A stretch of 32,000 nt of DNA from Geotalea uraniireducens Rf4 (GTDB taxonomy: Bacteria; Desulfobacterota; Desulfuromonadia; Geobacterales; Geobacteraceae), in the NCBI RefSeq assembly GCF_000016745.1, contig NC_009483.1:3480001-3512000 (forward strand). The letters run 5' to 3'. The translations under genes and the position numbers were made by a program. The notes below the pieces were generated by a model that ran no database searches, was not told the origin of the DNA, and saw only the letters and a list, made by a program, of their open reading frames with translations. Below, piece after piece: positions 24,505 to 32,000 of the stretch. Positions within the stretch are counted from its first letter, which is position 1. Each line of letters starts with the position of its first letter.

Positions 24505-25461
24505 CTATTTCTTTATCGTTGAAAATGTTTCAGTTTCCGCGTTCTTTTTATCCAAATACTGGCCATATAATTCTCCATCATAATCAACATTCCTTTCGCC
24601 GTTCGGATTCGTCCAACCTTTGACGACCATGACAGCTTTTTCTTTCGTTGCCTTAAAAGTAGTATCCAGCCTTGAATAAATCTGACCAGCACGACCTTTA
24701 ATGTATAAATACTTCTTCACCTTGGTATTTATTGGGACTGTGATTTGGAAAGTTTTCTGATATCCGCTTGCAGGTGGCACGTACAACATCTCGTCAAGAG
24801 CAATAATGCCGCTGTTTGCATCCTGTTCTTCAACAGTGATGGTATACGAAGAATCCGCTTCGGAATAAACTGCCTTGGCCCTCAGATCGATATGTAAGTT
24901 TTTGCTTTCGTAATTTTCTAAATACCCTTTCTCTCTTCCATCAAGTTTTACAAGATCAATTTCGTAATAAGGAATATTTTTTGTGAATACAATTGAAAAT
25001 TCTTCATTTAATACCAATGTTGGCGGTTCCTTTTTGCGAACGGTGTAAGTTACGGGGCTATCTTTCTTTGCCACGAATGAGCCGTCATTTTCAAAAGATG
25101 TTTCAGCTGTATCTACTGATTTATCATATTCATAACCTCGATTTTTAATATCAACTATCAAAATAGAGTTACCTTTAATGTTGCTGACTTCGAATCTTCC
25201 ACCGCTATCTGTCTTAATACCAAATTCCGCTATGCCATTAGAACTTCTCACATGGACAATCACATCAATGCCTTCAACAGGCGTGTTGAGATGATCAACC
25301 ACCCTACCATAGAAAAGAATGGGCTTGTCCATGGAGAGCAGTTCAAGATCTGCTCTATTGGCTTTATCTGCTTCGGTTAAATTCTGCGCGTGATTGCACT
25401 TTGAAGTAACAACCAAGACGCCTATTGTTAACAACACTACGAGAGGAATCAGTTTATTCAT
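24505..25461 (-). CDS. Signal/anchor-bearing protein immediately downstream of the full-length hydrolase tip (putative cognate immunity protein)
   Basis: 318 aa. The ATG at 25461 lies 3 nt after the upstream stop, and its AAGGAG RBS sits inside the last codons of the upstream gene. The N-terminus is MNKLIPLVVLLTIGVLVVTSKC, followed by a CarboxypepD_reg-like segment (ILFYGRVVDHLNTPVEGIDVIVHV...TDSGGRFEVSNIKGNSILIV). Confidence 0.85.
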   Translation of the reverse strand: MNKLIPLVVLLTIGVLVVTSKCNHAQNLTEADKANRADLELLSMDKPILFYGRVVDHLNTPVEGIDVIVHVRSSNGIAEFGIKTDSGGRFEVSNIKGNSILIVDIKNRGYEYDKSVDTAETSFENDGSFVAKKDSPVTYTVRKKEPPTLVLNEEFSIVFTKNIPYYEIDLVKLDGREKGYLENYESKNLHIDLRAKAVYSEADSSYTITVEEQDANSGIIALDEMLYVPPASGYQKTFQITVPINTKVKKYLYIKGRAGQIYSRLDTTFKATKEKAVMVVKGWTNPNGERNVDYDGELYGQYLDKKNAETETFSTIKK

Positions 25462-25464
25462 TTG

Positions 25465-28400
25465 CTACTCCTTTTCTATTGAGCTTTTTAGTTCAAAATC
25501 ACTAAAGATTGCTTTCCAGTATCCCTGCTCGTCAACAATATTTGAACGAAACTCCTTACTGTGAGAATAATGTTTGTCGTCATAACCAAACTTTTTAAGG
25601 TTTCGGCTCTTTTCAAATCCCTTAAGTGGCGTTTTGCTCGTCGCCCCCAATGCCTTGACCCGAGACTGAATTATTCTGCTGAATATCTCATAACGGTCAG
25701 CGGGAAATTTAAGCAGACTTGGCATGCTTAATCCGTCGTTCGAAATCCCCAATCTCACATAATAGTTGCTTCCGCCATCGATTGAATTCAGCAACGAGCT
25801 TATTATGCCTGGAATTGTCGGAAGCGGATCAAGCAACGTAAAACAAGCTACTGCTAGTCCGTTGCAATACAGGTAACCAGGATCGGGTCTGAACTTGGTA
25901 TTGAATTCCCACGCCATGAAACCACGTTCTCCGGCTGTCAAAGCATAGTCCACTTCGTTAAAATAATTGATGAACTTTGCCTTGCCGGTTGAATCTGCCA
26001 AATAGGTGGCATCTTGTGAGCCACTATTGCCTGAGTAGTAGTACCCAAATACATTCGGAGTTACCGGCAACAGAGGCAGACGCCGGCTACTCTCCGTCAC
26101 ACTATTGTCGTAGAAATGTGACGAAAGCGCTGCCTGTGTGGGAATGTACGTTTTAACGATGCCGGGACCCGACAGCTTCTGAATGGCCTCACCTGAAACT
26201 ATTCCTCCCATGCTATGCCCAAGCAACCTGATGTTTCCAGCATAATCCCTGAGCTTTATTTCAAGTACATCTTTTAGTGCTTCAGAAGAATTCCATGCCC
26301 TCAATTCGCTTCTGTCAAAGGTAGTACCTCTTGGAATGTCATAAGGTTTTTCAAGGGTAGGCCAACTGAACGATCCTACACGCCCTGTATACCCCTGCCA
26401 CCAAAGCCGTTTATAGATTGTTTCGGCCCACCGATCTTTCTCGATTTCACCTTGCATGTTCCAGCCGTGAACGAACAGGAGGTAATCTTTGTCTTTCGCT
26501 GGATATTCGCTTTTTTTGATCTCGCTGACCTGCGATCCGACTGTTTTGCTTCCCTCGTCATATGTGACCCTGAATTTGTCATAGAATGTCTGAATTGGCT
26601 TTAACTCCAGAAGCGCTGAATTTTCTTCTAAAGTATCGCCATCCGCCTTGAGGATAAAGGTGAGTTCTCCTTTGCCAAAGTTTCGCCCTTCAAAAATATA
26701 CGGCGACGTTTTATCCGTCGATATATAGGAGGGGGCGAGTTCTGATTCAGTAGATGAGATAGTAAGAAGCTTTGGTTTATCCAACTGCTTTCGTGCAGAA
26801 TTTTCATTCCACAAATATTTTTCAGTTTCACCAACAGCCTGGAAAATATTTATCTCAGGGGATGTACCGTTGGTATTATTGAACTTGAGATAATAACCGA
26901 AGCTCTTAGGTTGTGTCGTCTGATTTGATAATATCTCCATTACCTTCCTTGCGTGAGGATGAAGTTGCATTTGGACACGGGCAAAATCTTCAAGATCTCT
27001 CAGCGTTTTTATCTTGTCACCGTTTTCACGAACACAATCCTTAACTGTTCCGCTAATATTATCATCTTCTACTGGATAAGTAATTTTTGAGCCTTGGTTG
27101 ATGTCAGTATATTCGGTTTCATAACCATTGACATCATTATCATCATTCACCCAGAAGGTGTATTTCCTGTCCTCGGGGTTTTTAAAATCAATCACCCCAT
27201 CCCTATTTCCATCAAAGGCAATCCTGATCAGCTTCTCAAGCGGTATACTCTTGCGCCTCATGAGTCTCCCCTCTTTGCGACTGCTGAACTCGAATATCGC
27301 CTTTGTACCGATACTGCCGAAGACTGGCGCTATCGTCATCCCGTCTGGTGTGGTCAATTTCAAATCGGCAGCCGGGAAGTTGGTGGCTATAAAGCGTTTG
27401 TTTGTCGGAGACGTTATTGTTTTTTTCAAGTCGGCATAGCAGTGCTCGTCACTTCCTTTGCGGAAAGACAGCAGATACTGCGTCGGGTGGTCTATACCGG
27501 GAAGAGGGTTGACAACAGCACCCTTGCGCGTTTTGATTACCATGCTACCTACCAGGTCGTCATCATTACAGTTGATATCCGGATCCTCGTACTTTACCTC
27601 GACGTAGTAGCGACGGTCATCCTCTCCGCCCTTACTGTATCCTATCTCGGGAACCTGAATATTGCTCTCATTGTATACTCTTATGTCGTTGGTGTTAATA
27701 CCCATTGTGCGCATACCTTTGGTCTGGTCCGCCATGTACAGCCAGCCGTCTTTTTCCGCCATGGCCGGGATGGTGCCTATGGGAATCATCGCCGGGGATC
27801 CTTCCGGTGTTGTAGCGCCGGATGAGTTGGGCAGTTGGGTGATGGTGTTGATCAGCCGGGGATTTTTTGGGTCTTTCACATCCACTACCTGAATGGCGCT
27901 CAAGGTACTGACGATTGCCAGCCCCGTCTCTTTGTTCAAGGTTATATCGTAGGGATAGGAGACAACCTCTTTATCCAGGGCATCTTTGACCGTTGCCAGC
28001 GGTTGGGGGTTGTAGGGGTCGGTAAGGTCAACGGTCTTGAGTCGGCCGCCACCGCCGGTGAGGGCCAGGTCCATGCTCTGCGGGTTGCCGTCGGCATCGG
28101 CATAGCTGTAGTCGGACACACCCGCCACACGCAAGGCGTTCAGCTTTTTGGGCTCGATCACTCCCATCTGGACCGGCGTGGGGTTGTTGATATCCAGGGT
28201 TATCAGATAACCAGCGGTGGTGGTGAGGAGAGCCTTACCCGTTCCGTAGACCGCAATGTCGTTGGGCGAACCGTATCCCTGGCCGATACTGTCGAAGACA
28301 CCCACAATACTTGGGTTGTCTGCCGAGAAGCCGTCATAGCTGTCCTTGGCCTTACTGATGCTGACCACCTGCAGCGCCGCCGCAGCCGTGGCAATGTAGG

Positions 28401-31400
28401 CATATTCGCCGGCAAGGGCCAATCGGCCGGGTATCCCGGAATAGGCTTCGGCCAGCCGCTGTTTACCGATGATGGCCGGGTTTACCGGGTCGGTTTTGAT
28501 GTCGTAGAAGCGGATATAACCGTACTGGTTGCCGTCGCCGAAGACGATGTTCTCGGTCATGGCCATTATCCCGGCCGTTGGTGCGGGATGGACGGCGACT
28601 CCGCGGTAGCTCCAGCTGACGGCGGGGGCGCTCATGCTTTTACTGTAGACCACGGAGGGGTTGGTCGGATCGCTGACGTCGGCGACATGCCACCCCTGGT
28701 CGTCGGCGGCGATGTAGGCGTAGCTGTTGCCGTCATAGTGGTTGTACAGGGCGATGTCGCGCCCCCCCTTGAACTGTTCGGCTTCGGCCAGGTCATAGGC
28801 GGCGGGGCGTTTGGTGGTGAAAGTGCTCTGGTATCCCTGGGCCAGGGGCAAGAAGGCATTGTCGGCCGAGGGGTTGGGGTTGATGTCTACGATGCCTCCG
28901 GCGGGCAGTACCAGCACCTGTACCTGGTACTGCCGGTCGTAGGAGAGGTTGCCCCGTGGTGTGAGCACGGCCTGCATCCGGCCTCCTTCATATGAGGTGG
29001 TGATGATGGCCGGCATCGCCCGTCCGTTGCTGGTATCGATCAGTTTGAAGGTGGCCGGGGTGACGTTTTCCACCGGTTCGCTGAACCAGGCGGTGATCTG
29101 GGTGGTGACTGGGAGGTCCTTGGCGCCATCGGCTGGGGCGATGCTGTCCACGGTGGGGGCGCCGTCAACGCCGCCAGGTATGGCGCCGACCGCCACGACC
29201 CGCAGTTGGAGGGTCTTGGTGCTCTTGTTGGTGCTGGTGTCGGTGGCTTCGACCGTGAAGCGGTAGTTGCCGGCCAGGCCCGGCTTGCAGTTCGTGTCCT
29301 GGCTCCCCTGCAGTTCGGCGGGAAAGACCGCTTTGAAGGTATAGCGCCAGATGGCCGGCTTGTCGGCGGTGGGTGGGGATGAAAGTACCGCGCCCAGCCG
29401 GATAAGGGGTGCGGAGTATGACTGCCAGGTGGTCGCCTCCGGGCTCTTGTATTCCACCGTCAGAGTGGGGTTGACACTCGATTGGTCGCTGATGAACAGC
29501 GGCAGCTGCACTTCCGTCCCCAGCGGCATGGTGCCGGAGCTGATCCGGTTGGTCGGGGCTTGTCCGGGTGCCACCTGCATCGTCAGGTCGATGACCGGCG
29601 CGGTTTTGTCCGGCGGGATGGAGTTTTTGTCCGCCAGCATGAAGTTCAGGTTGGTGATCAGGTCGTGATCGACATCCATGAAGAGGGTGTGGCTTGTGCG
29701 GCGCATTGTCAGGGGGTGGATGGCGGTTATCCGGTAATCCAGCTGCATTGCCACGACGTAGGCATACAGGGTAGCGAACCCGGCATAAAAACCGCTGCTG
29801 TTTGAGTAGCTGACATAATCCCAGGCATCCGGGGTCCGGATGACGGCCCCCTTGATGGGACGGTCGTATTTGTAGACCGGGTTGCCGGAGGCATCGAAGG
29901 TTGGTATCTCGATAACTCCATACGGTGGCGGCTGATAGCCGGTCTGGTCGTTCATCTTCTGGTAGGTATAGCCGGAGACGATGCCTTTTTTCATTCCGCC
30001 GAAGGAGATGAAGGCAAAGGAGCCGATCTGGACGATGCCGGTGAATGGGGGGCTGGCGGTGGTGATACGGTTGTTGATTACCTTGGTGCTGTCGATGATT
30101 TCGTAGACCTTTTCTATGGTGCCGTCGGCGTTATAGATCTCGCTCGGGCGGTTGACAAAGACAGGGGTTGTGGGATCGAAGCCGTCCGGCAGCGGCATGG
30201 AGAGATGGACCTCCTTCTGGAAGTCGATCCCGCCGGTGTCGATATTGAATGCGGAGAGATACGTGCCCGGTGCCGGTACCGGACTTGCCAGGCTGGCTTC
30301 CGGCACAAAGGTCAGTTTGACAATCGTCGGCCCCGACAAAGCGCCTTCGGGGATATCGAGGATGCTCCCCCCCTCTCCTTCGACCTTGCCACCCTTGGCG
30401 GTGACCAGGTAGTTGCCGTCATCGCTTTTGAAGGTGAGGTACGAGACGAGCGTTTGATTCCCAGAGTTATCCATGATGACGATCTTTATCTCGTCGCCCA
30501 GTTGGCCTCTGACCTTGCCGGTAAAGGAGCCGTTGCCGGCCGGAACCACGGAAACTATCTCGCCGCTGGTGTCGTTGATGATGAGCACCGTACAGTCGGC
30601 AGGGGAGCTCCCTTGGGTGGCGGTGATGCTGATGAACCCATCAGCATCGGGAAAGCTCGCGGTGATGCTCCCTGCCGGCGGCATGGGAGGCGGAGTGGTG
30701 TTGCGGATGGTAAAGCCGGAGGTGACATCCTGGCCAAGGGGATATCCCTGGAGATCCTTGATCGTCCCGGCTATGGTGATGGTGTAACTCTGCTGCGACT
30801 TGAGCAGATCTGCCGGGGTGAAGGTGACGACCTTGCCGTCAACGCTGAAGGTGAATACACCGGGGACAGCCGTTCCGGCTGAGTCGAGGAGTTTGAGAGT
30901 TTGGGAGTTTATGGAGCTTTGATCCATGCTTTTGGAGAAGGTAATCACCACCGGCACGTTTGGCTGAATATTGATGCCCGTCGGCGACACTGAAACAACC
31001 GTCGGCAAGATCATCAGGATTTTGAGGTCAATGATTATTGCCTGGTTGGCCGCTATTGCGCCGGTAGCGCTCCCTTCGTCGTTCTTGTATAGATCCGTTG
31101 CAGTCGCGGTGACTGCGGCAACAGGCGCTGCCACAAGATATTTCCCGGTGGCTGCGGAAAGATCGATGAGCGAACCGTTGTCCGTCTTCACCAAAGCACC
31201 GTTGAAGGGGGCGTTGCTGGAATCGGTGACCGTGCCGGTGGCAAAGCCGATCTGCCCCTTGGCCTGGAGGAAGTAATAAACTCCGGAGGAGTTTATTGAG
31301 TTTGATGAGTTCAATGAGTTCTGGAGTTGGGAAGTTAACGGCTCTGTGGTGATGAAGGAGCCGTTCTGTCTGGCCAGGGCCACGAGCTTCAGCTTCTGAA

Positions 31401-32000
31401 CCCCCTTGACATCGATCTGCTTCGCCACGAGCAGCGGTAGAGACGGATTGAATCCGTCTGGCGCCGGGATGGAAATGGTCGCCGATTGCGCCAGGGTCTG
31501 CCGCGTCAGGTTCACCTCCACCACCTTGAGCAGAGTGAAATCGTTCCCCACGGCTCCGGTTGCGGCTGCCCCGTTTTTCGTCGCCACCGGTGTTGTCCGG
31601 GCGAGCGCCCCCTGCGGGATAACGAGAATGTTGCCGTCGGCATCCACCAGCCGGCCGCCATCGGCGCCCACCATGATGCCGCTGTCGGTTGCATCGGGTT
31701 TTACTATCTCTATGCCCACTTTTCCCAGTAAAAGATCGACCAGTGTGAAATCCCTGGACGGCGAAACGGGGAAGGTGGTGCGGAGTTCGACTCCGCTCAC
31801 TCCCCCACCGACTCCGCTCACTGCAGGCTGGGTTAATGCGCCGGCGGCAATGTTGGTTATGCATGGCTGGCGATAGAGAACGATATCCTGGGTGTAGGCG
31901 GAAGGCTCCACCTTGTCTCCAGATTTGAGATCGAATTTTTCCGTTACCCTGTTGTTGATAATGAAACCGGAAATGAATTGCGGCGCTGGGGTAACCCCGT
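25465..32000 (-). CDS. Giant multidomain protein (>2177 aa, 5' end beyond the window) with a C-terminal DUF900-like alpha/beta-hydrolase; candidate polymorphic toxin
   Basis: The frame stays open from 31911 to the window edge (...GVTPAPQFISGFIINNRVTEKFDLKSGDKVEPSAYTQ...), so the GTG at 31911 is not the start. From N to C it has a ZU5-like segment, an SbsA-type Ig domain (PTVVSVSPTGINIQPNVPVVITFSKSMDQSSI), a second ZU5-like segment and a second SbsA-type Ig domain. Next come LVIVD-like propeller repeats, an Asp-rich segment (FDGNRDGVIDF...WVNDDND) and the hydrolase tip. The stop is TAG at 25465-25467. Confidence 0.9.
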   Translation of the reverse strand, partial: GVTPAPQFISGFIINNRVTEKFDLKSGDKVEPSAYTQDIVLYRQPCITNIAAGALTQPAVSGVGGGVSGVELRTTFPVSPSRDFTLVDLLLGKVGIEIVKPDATDSGIMVGADGGRLVDADGNILVIPQGALARTTPVATKNGAAATGAVGNDFTLLKVVEVNLTRQTLAQSATISIPAPDGFNPSLPLLVAKQIDVKGVQKLKLVALARQNGSFITTEPLTSQLQNSLNSSNSINSSGVYYFLQAKGQIGFATGTVTDSSNAPFNGALVKTDNGSLIDLSAATGKYLVAAPVAAVTATATDLYKNDEGSATGAIAANQAIIIDLKILMILPTVVSVSPTGINIQPNVPVVITFSKSMDQSSINSQTLKLLDSAGTAVPGVFTFSVDGKVVTFTPADLLKSQQSYTITIAGTIKDLQGYPLGQDVTSGFTIRNTTPPPMPPAGSITASFPDADGFISITATQGSSPADCTVLIINDTSGEIVSVVPAGNGSFTGKVRGQLGDEIKIVIMDNSGNQTLVSYLTFKSDDGNYLVTAKGGKVEGEGGSILDIPEGALSGPTIVKLTFVPEASLASPVPAPGTYLSAFNIDTGGIDFQKEVHLSMPLPDGFDPTTPVFVNRPSEIYNADGTIEKVYEIIDSTKVINNRITTASPPFTGIVQIGSFAFISFGGMKKGIVSGYTYQKMNDQTGYQPPPYGVIEIPTFDASGNPVYKYDRPIKGAVIRTPDAWDYVSYSNSSGFYAGFATLYAYVVAMQLDYRITAIHPLTMRRTSHTLFMDVDHDLITNLNFMLADKNSIPPDKTAPVIDLTMQVAPGQAPTNRISSGTMPLGTEVQLPLFISDQSSVNPTLTVEYKSPEATTWQSYSAPLIRLGAVLSSPPTADKPAIWRYTFKAVFPAELQGSQDTNCKPGLAGNYRFTVEATDTSTNKSTKTLQLRVVAVGAIPGGVDGAPTVDSIAPADGAKDLPVTTQITAWFSEPVENVTPATFKLIDTSNGRAMPAIITTSYEGGRMQAVLTPRGNLSYDRQYQVQVLVLPAGGIVDINPNPSADNAFLPLAQGYQSTFTTKRPAAYDLAEAEQFKGGRDIALYNHYDGNSYAYIAADDQGWHVADVSDPTNPSVVYSKSMSAPAVSWSYRGVAVHPAPTAGIMAMTENIVFGDGNQYGYIRFYDIKTDPVNPAIIGKQRLAEAYSGIPGRLALAGEYAYIATAAAALQVVSISKAKDSYDGFSADNPSIVGVFDSIGQGYGSPNDIAVYGTGKALLTTTAGYLITLDINNPTPVQMGVIEPKKLNALRVAGVSDYSYADADGNPQSMDLALTGGGGRLKTVDLTDPYNPQPLATVKDALDKEVVSYPYDITLNKETGLAIVSTLSAIQVVDVKDPKNPRLINTITQLPNSSGATTPEGSPAMIPIGTIPAMAEKDGWLYMADQTKGMRTMGINTNDIRVYNESNIQVPEIGYSKGGEDDRRYYVEVKYEDPDINCNDDDLVGSMVIKTRKGAVVNPLPGIDHPTQYLLSFRKGSDEHCYADLKKTITSPTNKRFIATNFPAADLKLTTPDGMTIAPVFGSIGTKAIFEFSSRKEGRLMRRKSIPLEKLIRIAFDGNRDGVIDFKNPEDRKYTFWVNDDNDVNGYETEYTDINQGSKITYPVEDDNISGTVKDCVRENGDKIKTLRDLEDFARVQMQLHPHARKVMEILSNQTTQPKSFGYYLKFNNTNGTSPEINIFQAVGETEKYLWNENSARKQLDKPKLLTISSTESELAPSYISTDKTSPYIFEGRNFGKGELTFILKADGDTLEENSALLELKPIQTFYDKFRVTYDEGSKTVGSQVSEIKKSEYPAKDKDYLLFVHGWNMQGEIEKDRWAETIYKRLWWQGYTGRVGSFSWPTLEKPYDIPRGTTFDRSELRAWNSSEALKDVLEIKLRDYAGNIRLLGHSMGGIVSGEAIQKLSGPGIVKTYIPTQAALSSHFYDNSVTESSRRLPLLPVTPNVFGYYYSGNSGSQDATYLADSTGKAKFINYFNEVDYALTAGERGFMAWEFNTKFRPDPGYLYCNGLAVACFTLLDPLPTIPGIISSLLNSIDGGSNYYVRLGISNDGLSMPSLLKFPADRYEIFSRIIQSRVKALGATSKTPLKGFEKSRNLKKFGYDDKHYSHSKEFRSNIVDEQGYWKAIFSDFELKSSIEKE
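25468..26490 (-). other. Alpha/beta-hydrolase (DUF900-like) tip, expressed allele
   Basis: Landmarks are FVHGWNM (about 26455-26480), FSWPTLEK, FDRSELRAWNSSEA, GHSMGG (26203-26220), INYFNEVDYAL (Asp codon at 25948-25950) and KHYSHSKEFRS (25555-25581). Confidence 0.6.
27361..28170 (-). repeat. 810-bp block identical to 22390-23199 (recombination handle, full-length copy)
   Basis: See the 22390-23199 entry. It covers the last LVIVD-like blades and the following segment of the protein. Confidence 0.9.
27690..28800 (-). other. LVIVD-repeat-like beta-propeller segment
   Basis: Recurrent blades end in hydrophobic-x-[VI]-x-D-[VIL]-[ST/K]-D-P-x-N-P. Examples are GWHVADVSDPTNPSVV, IRFYDIKTDPVNPAII, LKTVDLTDPYNPQPLATV and IQVVDVKDPKNPRLINTI. 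Confidence 0.55.
30020..30410 (-). other. ZU5-like segment 2
   Basis: AKGGKVEGEGGSILDIPEGALSGPTIVKLTFVP...GTYLSAFNIDTGGIDFQKEVHLSMPLPDGFDP follows the ZU5 landmark order: GG-x-L...L-x-IP-x-GA...T-x-I, then an S-x-h-h-x-h-x-P-x-G-x-x-F-x-x-P-V-x-L-x-h-P type second half. Confidence 0.4.
31330..31690 (-). other. ZU5-like segment 1
   Basis: GADGGRLVDADGNILVIPQGALARTTPVAT...LLKVVEVNLTRQTLAQSATISIPAPDGFNPSLPLLVAK shows the same landmark order as 30020-30410. Confidence 0.35.

Noticed and set aside
31028-31864. 278-aa minus-strand ORF overlapping the giant gene in another frame.
   Set aside because: It is out of frame, entirely nested in a motif-bearing ORF, and has an Arg/Gly-rich composition typical of shadow ORFs.
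19668-32000. Assigning the toxin-like locus to a known system (CDI/T5SS, Rhs/T6SS, MafB, LXG/T7SS).
   Set aside because: No FHA-type repeats, VENN motif, YD repeats, PAAR, LXG or VgrG/Hcp genes are visible in the window. The N-terminus of the carrier lies outside the window, so the export route is unknown.

Overview
This is a 32-kb bacterial chromosomal window. I recognised no rRNA, tRNA or CRISPR. Base composition is mosaic: two giant GC-rich minus-strand genes flank an AT-richer accessory tract. (i) 1-596 is the 3' end of a surface repeat protein, followed by a bidirectional hairpin terminator. (ii) 740-15025 (-) is one 4761-aa Sec-signal protein. It contains about 13 CarboxypepD_reg-like repeats, SbsA-type Ig domains, two LamG-like domains and four C-terminal Gly/Asn-rich modules. 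Three of those modules are near-identical at the DNA level, with in-frame periods of 1110 and 948 nt. (iii) 15127-15776 (+) is vapBC, an AbrB-type antitoxin plus a PIN toxin. (iv) 15.8-25.5 kb holds two tandem paralogous exported proteins and two ~1.04-kb units, each encoding a RayT/IS200-like Y1 (HUH) transposase fused to a DnaA-C-like HTH and bounded by inverted repeats. It also holds a ~320-bp relic of a giant gene, a 5'-truncated orphan copy of the 3' third of gene (v) with its own downstream partner gene, and a 119-bp duplicate of the vapC 3' end. (v) 25465 to beyond 32000 (-) is a protein of more than 2177 aa with ZU5-like, SbsA-Ig-like and LVIVD-propeller-like segments. It ends in a DUF900-like alpha/beta-hydrolase (GHSMGG) and is followed 3 nt later by a signal-peptide protein. 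Main hypothesis: (iv)+(v) form a polymorphic toxin/immunity locus on an undescribed carrier scaffold. It would comprise a hydrolase tip, an exported immunity protein, an orphan tip/immunity pair, two extra orphan immunity paralogues and an 810-bp perfectly identical recombination handle, all remodelled by RayT-like elements. Every domain name comes from motif recognition by eye. Identities were hand-aligned, and no database search or computation was run.
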